Below are positions 8,424-16,694 of a stretch of 29,091 nt of DNA, piece by piece; position 1 is the stretch's first letter, and the number at the start of each line of letters is the position of its first letter. The notes beneath the pieces are model-generated. The model was not told the origin of the DNA. It did no database searches and saw nothing but the letters and a program-made list of their open reading frames with translations. A program made the position numbers and the translations under genes. This DNA comes from a virus (Duplodnaviria; Caudoviricetes), in IMG/VR virus record IMGVR_UViG_3300030372_001012, positions 1 to 29,091 of that record; one strand, 5' to 3'.

Positions 8424-9332
8424 ATGAATGTATTAAGCCTTTTTAATGGAATGAGTACAGGACATACCGCACTTGATAATGTTGGAATCAAGGTTGGTAA
8501 GTATTATTCATCTGAAATAAAACCTGCTGCAATAAAACTAACTCAACATCATTACCCTGATACTATTCAACTAGGAGATGTAACTAAGTGGAAAGAATGG
8601 GATATTGATTGGAAGTCAATAGATATGGTGTTGAGTGGTAGTCCGTGTCAAGATTTATCACAAGCAGGGAAGATAAGTCACAATCACCAAAAAGGATTGC
8701 AAGGCAATCGTAGTAGTCTATTTTGGGTTTTTGTGGACATTCTTAATCACATAAAGGAATTAAATCCTGATGTTTTGTTTCTTCAAGAAAATGTAGGTTC
8801 TGCACCTAAAAAAGATGTAGGAATTATGTCAAGAGCATTGGGTGTTTACCCTGCAAGAATCAACTCATCTTTGGTTACTGCTCAACTTAGAGATAGATAT
8901 TATTGGACAAATATAAGAACAAAAGAAGATGGTTTATTTGGAGATATTATATCTGATATACCACCACCAAAAAACAAGAAAATAGTTTTAAGTGATATAT
9001 TGGTTAGTGGTAGTGTGGACAGAGATAAACATACTTGTATAATGGAAGGATATATTAGAAAAAACATATTCAATATTACCCAAAAAGAATGGGAAGAATA
9101 CATACAAAAAAGACCAAAAGGTATGGTTACGATAATAACTGACAGTAATGGGTTGAGATTAGTAAATAAGATTGAAATGTGCAGATTGCAAGGATTCCAT
9201 GATAATTGGTGTGATATTTTAAGCTATAAAGAAGCAGGAAGTTTACTAGGAGATGGTTGGACATTACCAATAATAGAACACATATTTAAACACATAGGAG
9301 ATAATAATGAAAATCTACGAAGTAGCGTTTAA
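8424..9332 (+). CDS. DNA (cytosine-5) methyltransferase, orphan
   Basis: Start at ATG 8424 (MNVLSLF). Motif I LSLFNGM, IV GSPCQ, VI QENV, VIII QLRDRYYW, X LGDGW. Confidence 0.92.
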   Translation: MNVLSLFNGMSTGHTALDNVGIKVGKYYSSEIKPAAIKLTQHHYPDTIQLGDVTKWKEWDIDWKSIDMVLSGSPCQDLSQAGKISHNHQKGLQGNRSSLFWVFVDILNHIKELNPDVLFLQENVGSAPKKDVGIMSRALGVYPARINSSLVTAQLRDRYYWTNIRTKEDGLFGDIISDIPPPKNKKIVLSDILVSGSVDRDKHTCIMEGYIRKNIFNITQKEWEEYIQKRPKGMVTIITDSNGLRLVNKIEMCRLQGFHDNWCDILSYKEAGSLLGDGWTLPIIEHIFKHIGDNNENLRSSV

Positions 9333-9510
9333 AGACACAGAATCGTCAAGAACAAGAAAGAAAAGATACTTTTCAAATAGAACAGACCAAAATGGATTTA
9401 TTACAAGCCATATAGGTTCTTTATTCTCTTTTGAAAAAAAAGATTATAATATTGGTAGAAACAAATCAGACATAATTAAATTTTTAAATAAGGAAGATGA
9501 TAATGGCTAA
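9307..9510 (+). CDS. Hypothetical protein (67 aa)
   Basis: RBS AGGAG; overlaps neighbours in the operon. Confidence 0.65.
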   Translation: MKIYEVAFKDTESSRTRKKRYFSNRTDQNGFITSHIGSLFSFEKKDYNIGRNKSDIIKFLNKEDDNG

Positions 9511-9772
9511 AGAATCACAAAAAGACAAAGTTGTTAAGTGGCTAAAGTCAGGCAAAAGCCTAACACCACTTGAAGCATTACAAAATGGAATGGGTATGCG
9601 ATTGGGTGCAATTATACATACATTGCGGCACGAAGAAGAAATGGATATTGTTAATCTAAACAAGTCAGGGAAAGATAGGTTTGCTGAGTATAAACTAAAG
9701 CAAAAAGTTGAAAAACAGGAACAATCAACTTTAGATTTAGGAAATACAAGTAGATTTAAATATCCTGATTAA
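9503..9772 (+). CDS. Winged helix-turn-helix DNA-binding protein
   Basis: SLTPLEALQNGMGMRLGAIIHTLR motif typical of small phage HTH proteins; likely start ATG 9503. Confidence 0.75.
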   Translation: MAKESQKDKVVKWLKSGKSLTPLEALQNGMGMRLGAIIHTLRHEEEMDIVNLNKSGKDRFAEYKLKQKVEKQEQSTLDLGNTSRFKYPD

Positions 9773-9804
9773 TTATATTAAGTAGGTAAAAGGAGAGTCA
9801 AAAA

Positions 9805-10641
9805 ATGAGAAACAGAATACTACAAAAGACCTTTTGGACAAGTGAGTCAATACTTGAATTAGAGTTGTACGAGAGGTTGTTATTTCTAGGCATGACAAAT
9901 CACGCAGACGATGAAGGCATTATAAAAACATCACCAAAAGCACTAAAAGCAAAAGTGTTTCCTGCGGACAATATTAGCATTAATCAGATTCAAAAAGGAT
10001 TAGATAATATGCACAAATTAAGCCTAATAGAGTACAATGAAGATAGAACTCTTTGCAGGTTTGTAAATTGGACAGATTATCAAAAAATATCAAAACCGTA
10101 CCCATCTAAATTTAACTTTGTCGAGGAGAGCAAAAGCGATTCCGTGAATGGTTTGGGAATGGTTCAGGAACGTTCCGCCCCTAATAATAATAGTAATAGT
10201 AATAATAATAAGAAAAATAAAAATAAAGATAACTTGGAATTTGATGTGTGGTATGCTTTATATTCTCGTAAGATTGGAAAACCAAAAGCGGAGAAGGCAT
10301 TTAACCTTTGCTTACAGATATATGACTTAGAGGTAATAATGGATGGTACTCAGAAGTGGGTAGATTACTGGAATAACTCACATACAGAAAAAAGATATAT
10401 ACCACATCCAACTACATTCCTTAATCAGGAAAGGTTTGTAGATGAACCTGATGAGTTAGAGGTAGAAGTAGAATACAGGCTAGATAGTACAGGTTCATTC
10501 TATGTAGGATTCTGTGGTAAATGTAAGAAAAGTAATTTCTACAGGAAAGATGAATTGAAGCAAGATAGTAAATGCTGCAAGGCTAAGATACTACCAAGCA
10601 GAGATGTAAATTTAATACAAGATGTAAATGCAAAAGCATAA
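9805..10641 (+). CDS. Replication initiator / replisome organiser protein
   Basis: N-terminal RLLFLGMTNHADDEG winged helix; C-terminal FDVWY..Y.RKIGK..AEKAF and YIPHPTTFLNQERF motifs; Cys-rich tail. Confidence 0.85.
   Translation: MRNRILQKTFWTSESILELELYERLLFLGMTNHADDEGIIKTSPKALKAKVFPADNISINQIQKGLDNMHKLSLIEYNEDRTLCRFVNWTDYQKISKPYPSKFNFVEESKSDSVNGLGMVQERSAPNNNSNSNNNKKNKNKDNLEFDVWYALYSRKIGKPKAEKAFNLCLQIYDLEVIMDGTQKWVDYWNNSHTEKRYIPHPTTFLNQERFVDEPDELEVEVEYRLDSTGSFYVGFCGKCKKSNFYRKDELKQDSKCCKAKILPSRDVNLIQDVNAKA
10141..10230. promoter_or_regulatory. Putative replication origin: 11-bp iteron-like repeats plus AT-rich tract
   Basis: TCCGTGAATGG / TTTGGGAATGG / TTCAGGAACGT, then an (AAT/AGT)n AT-rich run, inside the initiator's linker region as in lambdoid origins. 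Confidence 0.55.
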
Positions 10642-10643
10642 AT

Positions 10644-10729
10644 TAAGGCGGCACTCTCACTCTCCTATGTCATTGTCTGACTCACAAAGACATACCTACA
10701 CTTACTTGCCGAATGAGGGTGCTGCTTTA
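10644..10729 (+). ncRNA. Putative structured small RNA / cis element with anti-Shine-Dalgarno segments
   Basis: 16-bp outer stem (10644-10659/10714-10729, three G-U pairs) enclosing an inner hairpin (10666-10694) and C/U-rich unpaired segments. Confidence 0.6.
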
Positions 10730-10980
10730 TGCTAGAGGTAGTAGGATATTATCTATGTTTTACTATTTTTATAATACAGCCTATTGAAGAAATACATAAT
10801 TGCAATAATCCAAATACGATAGGAAACTACCCACATATTTTTTGCGAGTGGAGTGATAAAGATTTTATAGAATATCCTGATGGAAAAAGAAGATTGCGAC
10901 CAAAGAGAAAGTTAGATAATGTTGTAAAAGCCTATTACAGAAAGAGGTATTATGAACGAAGGTATATGGAAAAGAATTAA
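10729..10980 (+). CDS. Hypothetical protein with N-terminal hydrophobic segment
   Basis: 83-aa ORF; its candidate RBS (GAGGG) lies in the 3' arm of the stem. Confidence 0.55.
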   Translation: MLEVVGYYLCFTIFIIQPIEEIHNCNNPNTIGNYPHIFCEWSDKDFIEYPDGKRRLRPKRKLDNVVKAYYRKRYYERRYMEKN

Positions 10981-11095
10981 ATATTGGAGAAGAAAGTACA
11001 AGGATAAGCCAAATGGCTATTTCGTGGCGATGATGATAGGCGAAGAATATGTAAGTGAGAAGTCAAAACAATCTCAGTCAAGGAGAGCAAAATGA
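10952..11095 (+). CDS. Small basic hypothetical protein (47 aa, MNEGIWKRIKYWRRKY...), not in the ORF track
   Basis: RBS GAGG; ATGA overlap with the next small ORF. Confidence 0.55.
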   Translation: MNEGIWKRIKYWRRKYKDKPNGYFVAMMIGEEYVSEKSKQSQSRRAK

Positions 11096-11190
11096 ACTAT
11101 GAAAAAATGATAGTGTGGTGGTGTATATTAATATTTGGTATATTATCTTGGTATGCAATATATAGAGCAGTAAGGACACTATTCTTTTGA
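11092..11190 (+). CDS. Small membrane protein (32 aa, MNYEKMIVWWCILIFGILSWYAIYRAVRTLFF), not in the ORF track
   Basis: Strong RBS AGGAGAG; single hydrophobic helix; TTGA overlap with rusA. Confidence 0.65.
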   Translation: MNYEKMIVWWCILIFGILSWYAIYRAVRTLFF

Positions 11191-11600
11191 TACAATTTAT
11201 TGTAAACGGACTACCAAGACCACAGCAAAGGCATAGAAGTAGAGGTAGATGGACATACGACCCATCAGCAGAAGAAAAGAAAGAGTTTGCCTTTCAGATA
11301 AAAAAAGATGCCCCAGTAAAGCCAATGACAGATGAACTAGATGTTCATATAAGTTTTGTATACAAGCGACCTAAAAAACATTATAGAGTTAAAGCAGGTA
11401 AGCTACTAAGAAAGCAAGAAGTTCCATTCTATAAGAAATCAAGACCTGACCTAGATAACCTAATCAAATTCTACCTAGATGCAATGCAAGGAATAGTATA
11501 TAAAGATGACTCACAGATAGTATCGCTAAATGCTCAAAAAGTGTATGGAAGTGAGAATATGGTACATATAAAAATATTCTATAATAAAAAATATTGTTAA
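11187..11600 (+). CDS. rusA: RusA-family Holliday junction resolvase
   Basis: P.PQQRHR, RPDLDNLIK...DAMQG..YKDDSQIV motifs. Confidence 0.92.
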   Translation: MIQFIVNGLPRPQQRHRSRGRWTYDPSAEEKKEFAFQIKKDAPVKPMTDELDVHISFVYKRPKKHYRVKAGKLLRKQEVPFYKKSRPDLDNLIKFYLDAMQGIVYKDDSQIVSLNAQKVYGSENMVHIKIFYNKKYC

Positions 11601-11623
11601 AGTCAAGGAAAAAGTTTTATAAT
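11594..11623 (+). promoter_or_regulatory. Putative sigma70-type promoter of the packaging/late operon
   Basis: TTGTTA (11594-11599), 18 bp, TATAAT (11618-11623), 6 nt before the TerS ATG. Confidence 0.55.
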
Positions 11624-11629
11624 TAGACT

Positions 11630-11944
11630 ATGGCTAGACCAAAAAAATATGATATTGATACAGAGCAGGTAGAATACTTAGCATCTATTGGTTGTACTAA
11701 TATAGAGATAGCAGATATGTACGGATGTAGTTCTGATTTACTTGAAAAGAGTTATTCGGAATTTATTACAAAAGGAAAGGCAAGTCTAAAAAAGAGATTA
11801 AGGAAAGCACAACTAGATGCAGCTTTGTCAGGCAATTCTACTATGTTAATATGGTTAGGTAAACAGATGCTAGGTCAAGTAGATAAGACAGAGATAGATG
11901 CAAATGTAAGACCAATAGAAGATATTGACTTTAATGGTATCTAA
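11630..11944 (+). CDS. terS: Terminase small subunit
   Basis: MARPKK, HTH (GCTNIEIADMYGCS), GNSTMLIWLGKQMLGQ; immediately upstream of TerL. Confidence 0.85.
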   Translation: MARPKKYDIDTEQVEYLASIGCTNIEIADMYGCSSDLLEKSYSEFITKGKASLKKRLRKAQLDAALSGNSTMLIWLGKQMLGQVDKTEIDANVRPIEDIDFNGI

Positions 11945-13238
11945 AAACATACAATTATACAAAGAAGATTACCTGCCCCATCAATGGGACTTTCTAACAA
12001 TACAGAAAAGAGAACCTAAGAAGAAACTAAATTTTTTATGTGCAGGAATGGGAAGCGGCAAGACCTATGTTTTCCATCACAAGTGCTTAATTAATCATGT
12101 CACGAAGAAAAATAACGAAGGTATAAGCAATGGATGGGTGATATACCCTACATTTTCTTTGGCTGAGGAGCTTTTCGTAGAACCAATGAAAGATATATTT
12201 GATAGGAATGGGATTAAATACACTTACAATGTTCAAAAGCATAGATTCCAAACAGCTTATGGTGTGATAAAGATATATCAACTACAGACTCCTCATAGAT
12301 TGATTGGGGCTAATTTGAACTGGGTGGGTATAGATGAGTTTGACCTTGAGTCGTGGAAGAATTGCGATATAGCATATAAGAAAGCTATTGGTAGATTAAG
12401 AGGGTCAGAAGATACAGAATTGTTTATAGTTTCTACACCTGAAGGTTTTGGATATTTACATCATGTCGCAGTTGAGAACGCAAACGATAACACTTATCTT
12501 GTAAAAGGTAAAACAACGGACAACCCATTTTTACCAAAAGGGTATGTAGATTTATTAGAAACAAGTTATGACGATACATTGTTAAAGGCTTATCGAGATG
12601 GCGAATTTGTCAACATAGGTGCGTTAAGCACTTACTATAATTTCAATAGATTAGGAGAAAATTCCAATGTACAAAAATGCGAATATGACCGTTCACTACC
12701 CATTTGTTTGGCGGTCGACTGGAATGTTGACCCCTTTTGTGTGTGCCTCATACAGCAGAAAAGGAACGGACAAGTGCAAGTGTTCGATGAGGTCATCCTC
12801 AGTCATCAAGGAGAAGGAGATTTAATCTCTAGTAGAATGTGTGCAACAGTCAAAGATATGTATCCTAATAGTACATACATTGCATATCCTGATGCGAGTG
12901 GAGCACAAAGACATACATCATCACAATTTTCGGATATAGACATATTAAAACAACACGGATTTATAGTTAAAGTAAGAAAGTCTAATCCTCCTGTAGTAAA
13001 TAGGGTAAACAGCGTAAATAGATTATTAGGCTCTACAAGGTTGGAGGGAAAACAACTTGTAATAGACCCCAAATGCAAAATGTTAATACAAGACCTCGAA
13101 AAGGTCTGTAATAAGCCAAATACTCGTGAGATTGACAAGAGCAATAAAATGCTCACTCATAGTAGCGATGCTTTGGGATATTTTTGCGAATGGGAGTATC
13201 CCATAATTAAACCAACATTAGGAGCAATAGAACGATGA
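11925..13238 (+). CDS. terL: Terminase large subunit
   Basis: Walker A AGMGSGKT, Walker B VGIDE, STPEG, nuclease DWN...HSSDALGY; alternative start ATG 11934. Confidence 0.95.
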   Translation: MTLMVSKNIQLYKEDYLPHQWDFLTIQKREPKKKLNFLCAGMGSGKTYVFHHKCLINHVTKKNNEGISNGWVIYPTFSLAEELFVEPMKDIFDRNGIKYTYNVQKHRFQTAYGVIKIYQLQTPHRLIGANLNWVGIDEFDLESWKNCDIAYKKAIGRLRGSEDTELFIVSTPEGFGYLHHVAVENANDNTYLVKGKTTDNPFLPKGYVDLLETSYDDTLLKAYRDGEFVNIGALSTYYNFNRLGENSNVQKCEYDRSLPICLAVDWNVDPFCVCLIQQKRNGQVQVFDEVILSHQGEGDLISSRMCATVKDMYPNSTYIAYPDASGAQRHTSSQFSDIDILKQHGFIVKVRKSNPPVVNRVNSVNRLLGSTRLEGKQLVIDPKCKMLIQDLEKVCNKPNTREIDKSNKMLTHSSDALGYFCEWEYPIIKPTLGAIER

Positions 13239-14581
13239 TACCCAATAACATAGGCGAGTTATTAGTCAGACAGAGTAAATATGATGCACAGCAGAACGAG
13301 AAGAATAGATGGCGTAAGGCTAGAATGGTAGCACGAAACTTCTATGATGGTCGTAATGAAGCATATACGAGGAAGTATTTCTCAGAAAGGCTACTTAACA
13401 AAGTTCCTATATCTAATGTAAATATTACTAAGCGTATTATAGATAGAATTAGCCTAGTGTATATGAAGCCGCCTGTTCGTGAGTATTCTAATGAGAATGT
13501 GCCTATGATGTTTGAAGAAAAAGACTTTAAGATGCAAAGAGCAGAGAGAATGACTAACCTGCTAGAGCATATACTTATAAAGCCCACATGGAGAGATGGC
13601 TTTATTGATTATGATATTATAATGGACTTTGAGCCTATATTTGGTGATGACCCATTAAGACCTATAGGATTCACATATCCATTGTCAATTAAATCATCTG
13701 TAATGGATGACACACCTGAACTGATGGCGTACTGGGATGCAGAGAATACATTCATCTTTGATGACAATGGTAAGATACAAGACGACCCTGATAATCCTGA
13801 ACACATCAATCCTTATGGCGTATTACCATTTGTAGAGTGTTTTAAGGGTGGGCGACCTGAGTATAGCTATATGGACACAACTCCTGCAAATGACTTAATT
13901 GCAACTAATTTAGAAGTAAATGTATCAGAAACAAATTCAAACGCAAATACTATGTTCCAATCATTTGGTTATATGTATGTAAATGGAAGCCAAATTGAAA
14001 AAGATACCCTTGAGGTAGGACAAGATAAGATTTCTTTCTTGGGTATAGATGGAACAATGAACATTGTGTCGCCACCAAATACTGTTGAAGCCCTCGCTAG
14101 TTCAATCGAACATTCTTACAAGCTACTTGCACAGAACTATCATCTCAATATATCATTCGTAGAGGGTACTGCTGCACAATCAGGGGTGGCGATAAAACTT
14201 AGAAACCAAGAACTTACAGATGCTAGAATATCTGATGTAATTAGATGGAAAGGCATAGAGGATAAGTTATTTGAAATAGAATCTATTATACTAGCAGTAG
14301 AAACTGGAACAAATGCAGGAGAACTGCTTAAAGTAGATTATGAAGAAAATGTAGAAATACTATCAGACGAAGAACAACGAGCCAAGTGGGATTGGGAATT
14401 GTCACACGGAATCATCGATGTCGCTGATATACTAATGCAAAAAGACCCTGACAGGTTTCCTGATAGGGAATCTGCACAGGACTACCTATTCGAACGAAGC
14501 AGTCAAGACCTTGCTGAACCTGATGAAGAAGACTCTCCACAAGGCTCGTTACTTGAAGCATTAACAAGACCAGTACAATAA
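13235..14581 (+). CDS. Portal protein (SPP1 gp6-like)
   Basis: 448 aa after TerL; NPYGVLPFV and QSGVAIK motifs. Confidence 0.88.
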   Translation: MIPNNIGELLVRQSKYDAQQNEKNRWRKARMVARNFYDGRNEAYTRKYFSERLLNKVPISNVNITKRIIDRISLVYMKPPVREYSNENVPMMFEEKDFKMQRAERMTNLLEHILIKPTWRDGFIDYDIIMDFEPIFGDDPLRPIGFTYPLSIKSSVMDDTPELMAYWDAENTFIFDDNGKIQDDPDNPEHINPYGVLPFVECFKGGRPEYSYMDTTPANDLIATNLEVNVSETNSNANTMFQSFGYMYVNGSQIEKDTLEVGQDKISFLGIDGTMNIVSPPNTVEALASSIEHSYKLLAQNYHLNISFVEGTAAQSGVAIKLRNQELTDARISDVIRWKGIEDKLFEIESIILAVETGTNAGELLKVDYEENVEILSDEEQRAKWDWELSHGIIDVADILMQKDPDRFPDRESAQDYLFERSSQDLAEPDEEDSPQGSLLEALTRPVQ

Positions 14582-14880
14582 TGGCTGAGTATCAAGGAAA
14601 AAAAGTAAGGTTGGATAAGCCAAGTAGAATACAGAAAGGCGAAGCAGGGTATGGTCGCAAGAAGTTTAAAGTGTATGTGAAAGATGGCGATAGAATTAAG
14701 AAAGTAATGTTTGGCGACCCCAACTTAACCATTAAAAGATTTTCAGATGAAAGACGAAGAAGTTTCAGAGCAAGGCATAAGTGCGATAGCAATAGACCTA
14801 AAGATAAAACTAAGGCTAGATATTGGTCTTGTAGATTTTGGGAATCACGCAAATCTGTAACGGAATTGTTGAATGGCTGA
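14581..14880 (+). CDS. Conserved basic phage protein (KKFKVYVK...FGDP...RSFRARHKC...ARYWSC family)
   Basis: Motif pattern recalled from widespread aquatic phage hypotheticals; function unknown. Confidence 0.7.
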   Translation: MAEYQGKKVRLDKPSRIQKGEAGYGRKKFKVYVKDGDRIKKVMFGDPNLTIKRFSDERRRSFRARHKCDSNRPKDKTKARYWSCRFWESRKSVTELLNG

Positions 14881-15589
14881 CCAGAACAAAATAGATAAAG
14901 TAGCAATAACAATAGCAAACCAAGTAGAATCACTCCAGTCAGAAATGGTGCGTGATTTACTTAAACTATCCAAAGATAAGCGTTTCCAATCCATAGAGGA
15001 CTTCTTATTCGCACTAGAACAGATTAATTTGGAGCAAGTTGTACGATTAAAGGCACAAAATATAATTAATGGATATACAGCCGCACATACACAAATACTT
15101 GCAGATATGACCTTATTTGCAGATATAACAGAAAGCACATTGCAATCCCTAACCAACTTTAGTACATCTAGCTTTGCAGATAGTCTAGGTAAGATGTCAG
15201 GCGTAATCAAATCTGAGATAGTTAAAGGTGTATTAGGTGAAGCAACTGATAGAGGTATATTACAAGCGATACAGCAACAAGCAGGACTATCTAACGCACA
15301 GATGCAGACACTTGTGACGACTGGTCTTAATGATTACTCTGCTAGTGTGGGTAAGGTTATGATAGATGAATCTCCTGCTAATACAAAGTTTAGATATGTA
15401 GGAGCACAAGACGATAGGACTAGGGATATATGTAGAGAATTGTGGGCAGCAGGTGAGATGACAGAAAGACAAATCAAGTCTAGGTTTGGTGCAGATGTGT
15501 TTATCAGTAGAGGTGGGTTTAATTGCAGACACCAATGGATGCCTGTACAAGCATCAACAAAGTCTAAGGATGTTAGAAAAGATGCTTGA
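14873..15589 (+). CDS. Minor head protein (SPP1 gp7 / Mu gpF-like)
   Basis: DDRTRDIC...GGFNCRHQW motif; position after the portal. Confidence 0.8.
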   Translation: MADQNKIDKVAITIANQVESLQSEMVRDLLKLSKDKRFQSIEDFLFALEQINLEQVVRLKAQNIINGYTAAHTQILADMTLFADITESTLQSLTNFSTSSFADSLGKMSGVIKSEIVKGVLGEATDRGILQAIQQQAGLSNAQMQTLVTTGLNDYSASVGKVMIDESPANTKFRYVGAQDDRTRDICRELWAAGEMTERQIKSRFGADVFISRGGFNCRHQWMPVQASTKSKDVRKDA

Positions 15590-16010
15590 TAAAAACTTCT
15601 TTAGAAGCCTATCCAATAGAATTAGAAAAGATTATGTAGAGCATATCTTTGAGAAAGGTAAAGATGTCTTTGGTAAAAGATATAAGCCATATAGCAAAGA
15701 ATATGGTGAAGCTAAAAGAGGTAATAAGATAAAAAGACAATCAGGTGCGTTTGCAAACAAGGTAACGCCTGTGCTTACTGGTGACTTTATGAATGATGCG
15801 AAACCTAGTCATACTAGGAACTCTGCATCGGTTAAGTTTGCATCACATGGTGGGAAGGTTAATCACTTAGCTAAGATGGGAAGGAAAGTTACAGACGACA
15901 GACAACCATTTCCTAAAGGCGTGATTAGTATGATTGAAAGAGAAGTAAAGAAGGAAGTTGATTCTAAGTTCCCTAAAAATAAAGTAGTTAGAATAAAACT
16001 TAAAAAATAA
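15582..16010 (+). CDS. Virion morphogenesis protein (Mu gpG-like), basic
   Basis: Likely start ATG 15582; YKPYS.EY...PVLTGDFM pattern and head-module position. Confidence 0.55.
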   Translation: MLDKNFFRSLSNRIRKDYVEHIFEKGKDVFGKRYKPYSKEYGEAKRGNKIKRQSGAFANKVTPVLTGDFMNDAKPSHTRNSASVKFASHGGKVNHLAKMGRKVTDDRQPFPKGVISMIEREVKKEVDSKFPKNKVVRIKLKK

Positions 16011-16022
16011 ATATTTTTTATA

Positions 16023-16068
16023 TTGACTTTTATACTTATTATATGTATGTAAATATTTAGTAATTTTG
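16023..16068 (+). promoter_or_regulatory. Possible promoter upstream of scaffold/capsid genes
   Basis: AT-rich intergenic gap with TTGACT (16023) and -10-like TATGTA/TAAATA; TAATTTTG at 16061. Confidence 0.35.
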
Positions 16069-16097
16069 TTAAATAACTCACAAAAGAGGAAATAAAA

Positions 16098-16679
16098 ATG
16101 TCAGAACAAAATACAGATACACCTATAGCTGATAACAACAGCGTAACAAATGACAGCACAAAAGCTGATACAAATGACAATAACATTCCAAAAGCTAGAC
16201 TAGATGAAGTAGTTGCTCAGCGACACAAGGTTGCGGAAGAAAGAGATTCTTTAAGGGCTGAACTAGATAAGATAAAAGCCAATCAAGAATCACAAAGGAA
16301 GCAAGAACTTGAAAAGCAAGGTGAATATAAGACACTACTAGAAGAACAGGGCAAAGAATTAGAGAAATATAAAGCTGATTCAAATGCGTGGAATGATTAC
16401 AAAACCAACAAAAGAGCATCATTAATGGAAAATATTACTAATGATGATGATAAACTAATTGCAGAAGATTTATCACTCGCCAAGTTGGAAAAGTTTGTGG
16501 GTAGGGTGACACAAACAAACGCAGTAGGCACTCCAAACCAAAGACCTGCAAACTCTACAAAGGGAACAGGACAATATGGTGGTTATAGTTCTTGGGCTGA
16601 ATATGCTCAGAAAGACCCACAGGGTGCTGAAAAGGCAATGAAAAACTTAGACAATAATTATGGATTTAAAACTTTTTAA
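16098..16679 (+). CDS. Capsid scaffolding protein
   Basis: IPKARLDEV motif, coiled-coil, immediately upstream of the capsid gene. Confidence 0.8.
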   Translation: MSEQNTDTPIADNNSVTNDSTKADTNDNNIPKARLDEVVAQRHKVAEERDSLRAELDKIKANQESQRKQELEKQGEYKTLLEEQGKELEKYKADSNAWNDYKTNKRASLMENITNDDDKLIAEDLSLAKLEKFVGRVTQTNAVGTPNQRPANSTKGTGQYGGYSSWAEYAQKDPQGAEKAMKNLDNNYGFKTF

Positions 16680-16694
16680 GGAGAGTTATAAACA

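Noticed and set aside
10644-10729. tRNA, or a simple intrinsic terminator
   Set aside because: No cloverleaf or TTCG T-loop. The stem encloses 54 nt with its own hairpin and lacks a following U-tract.
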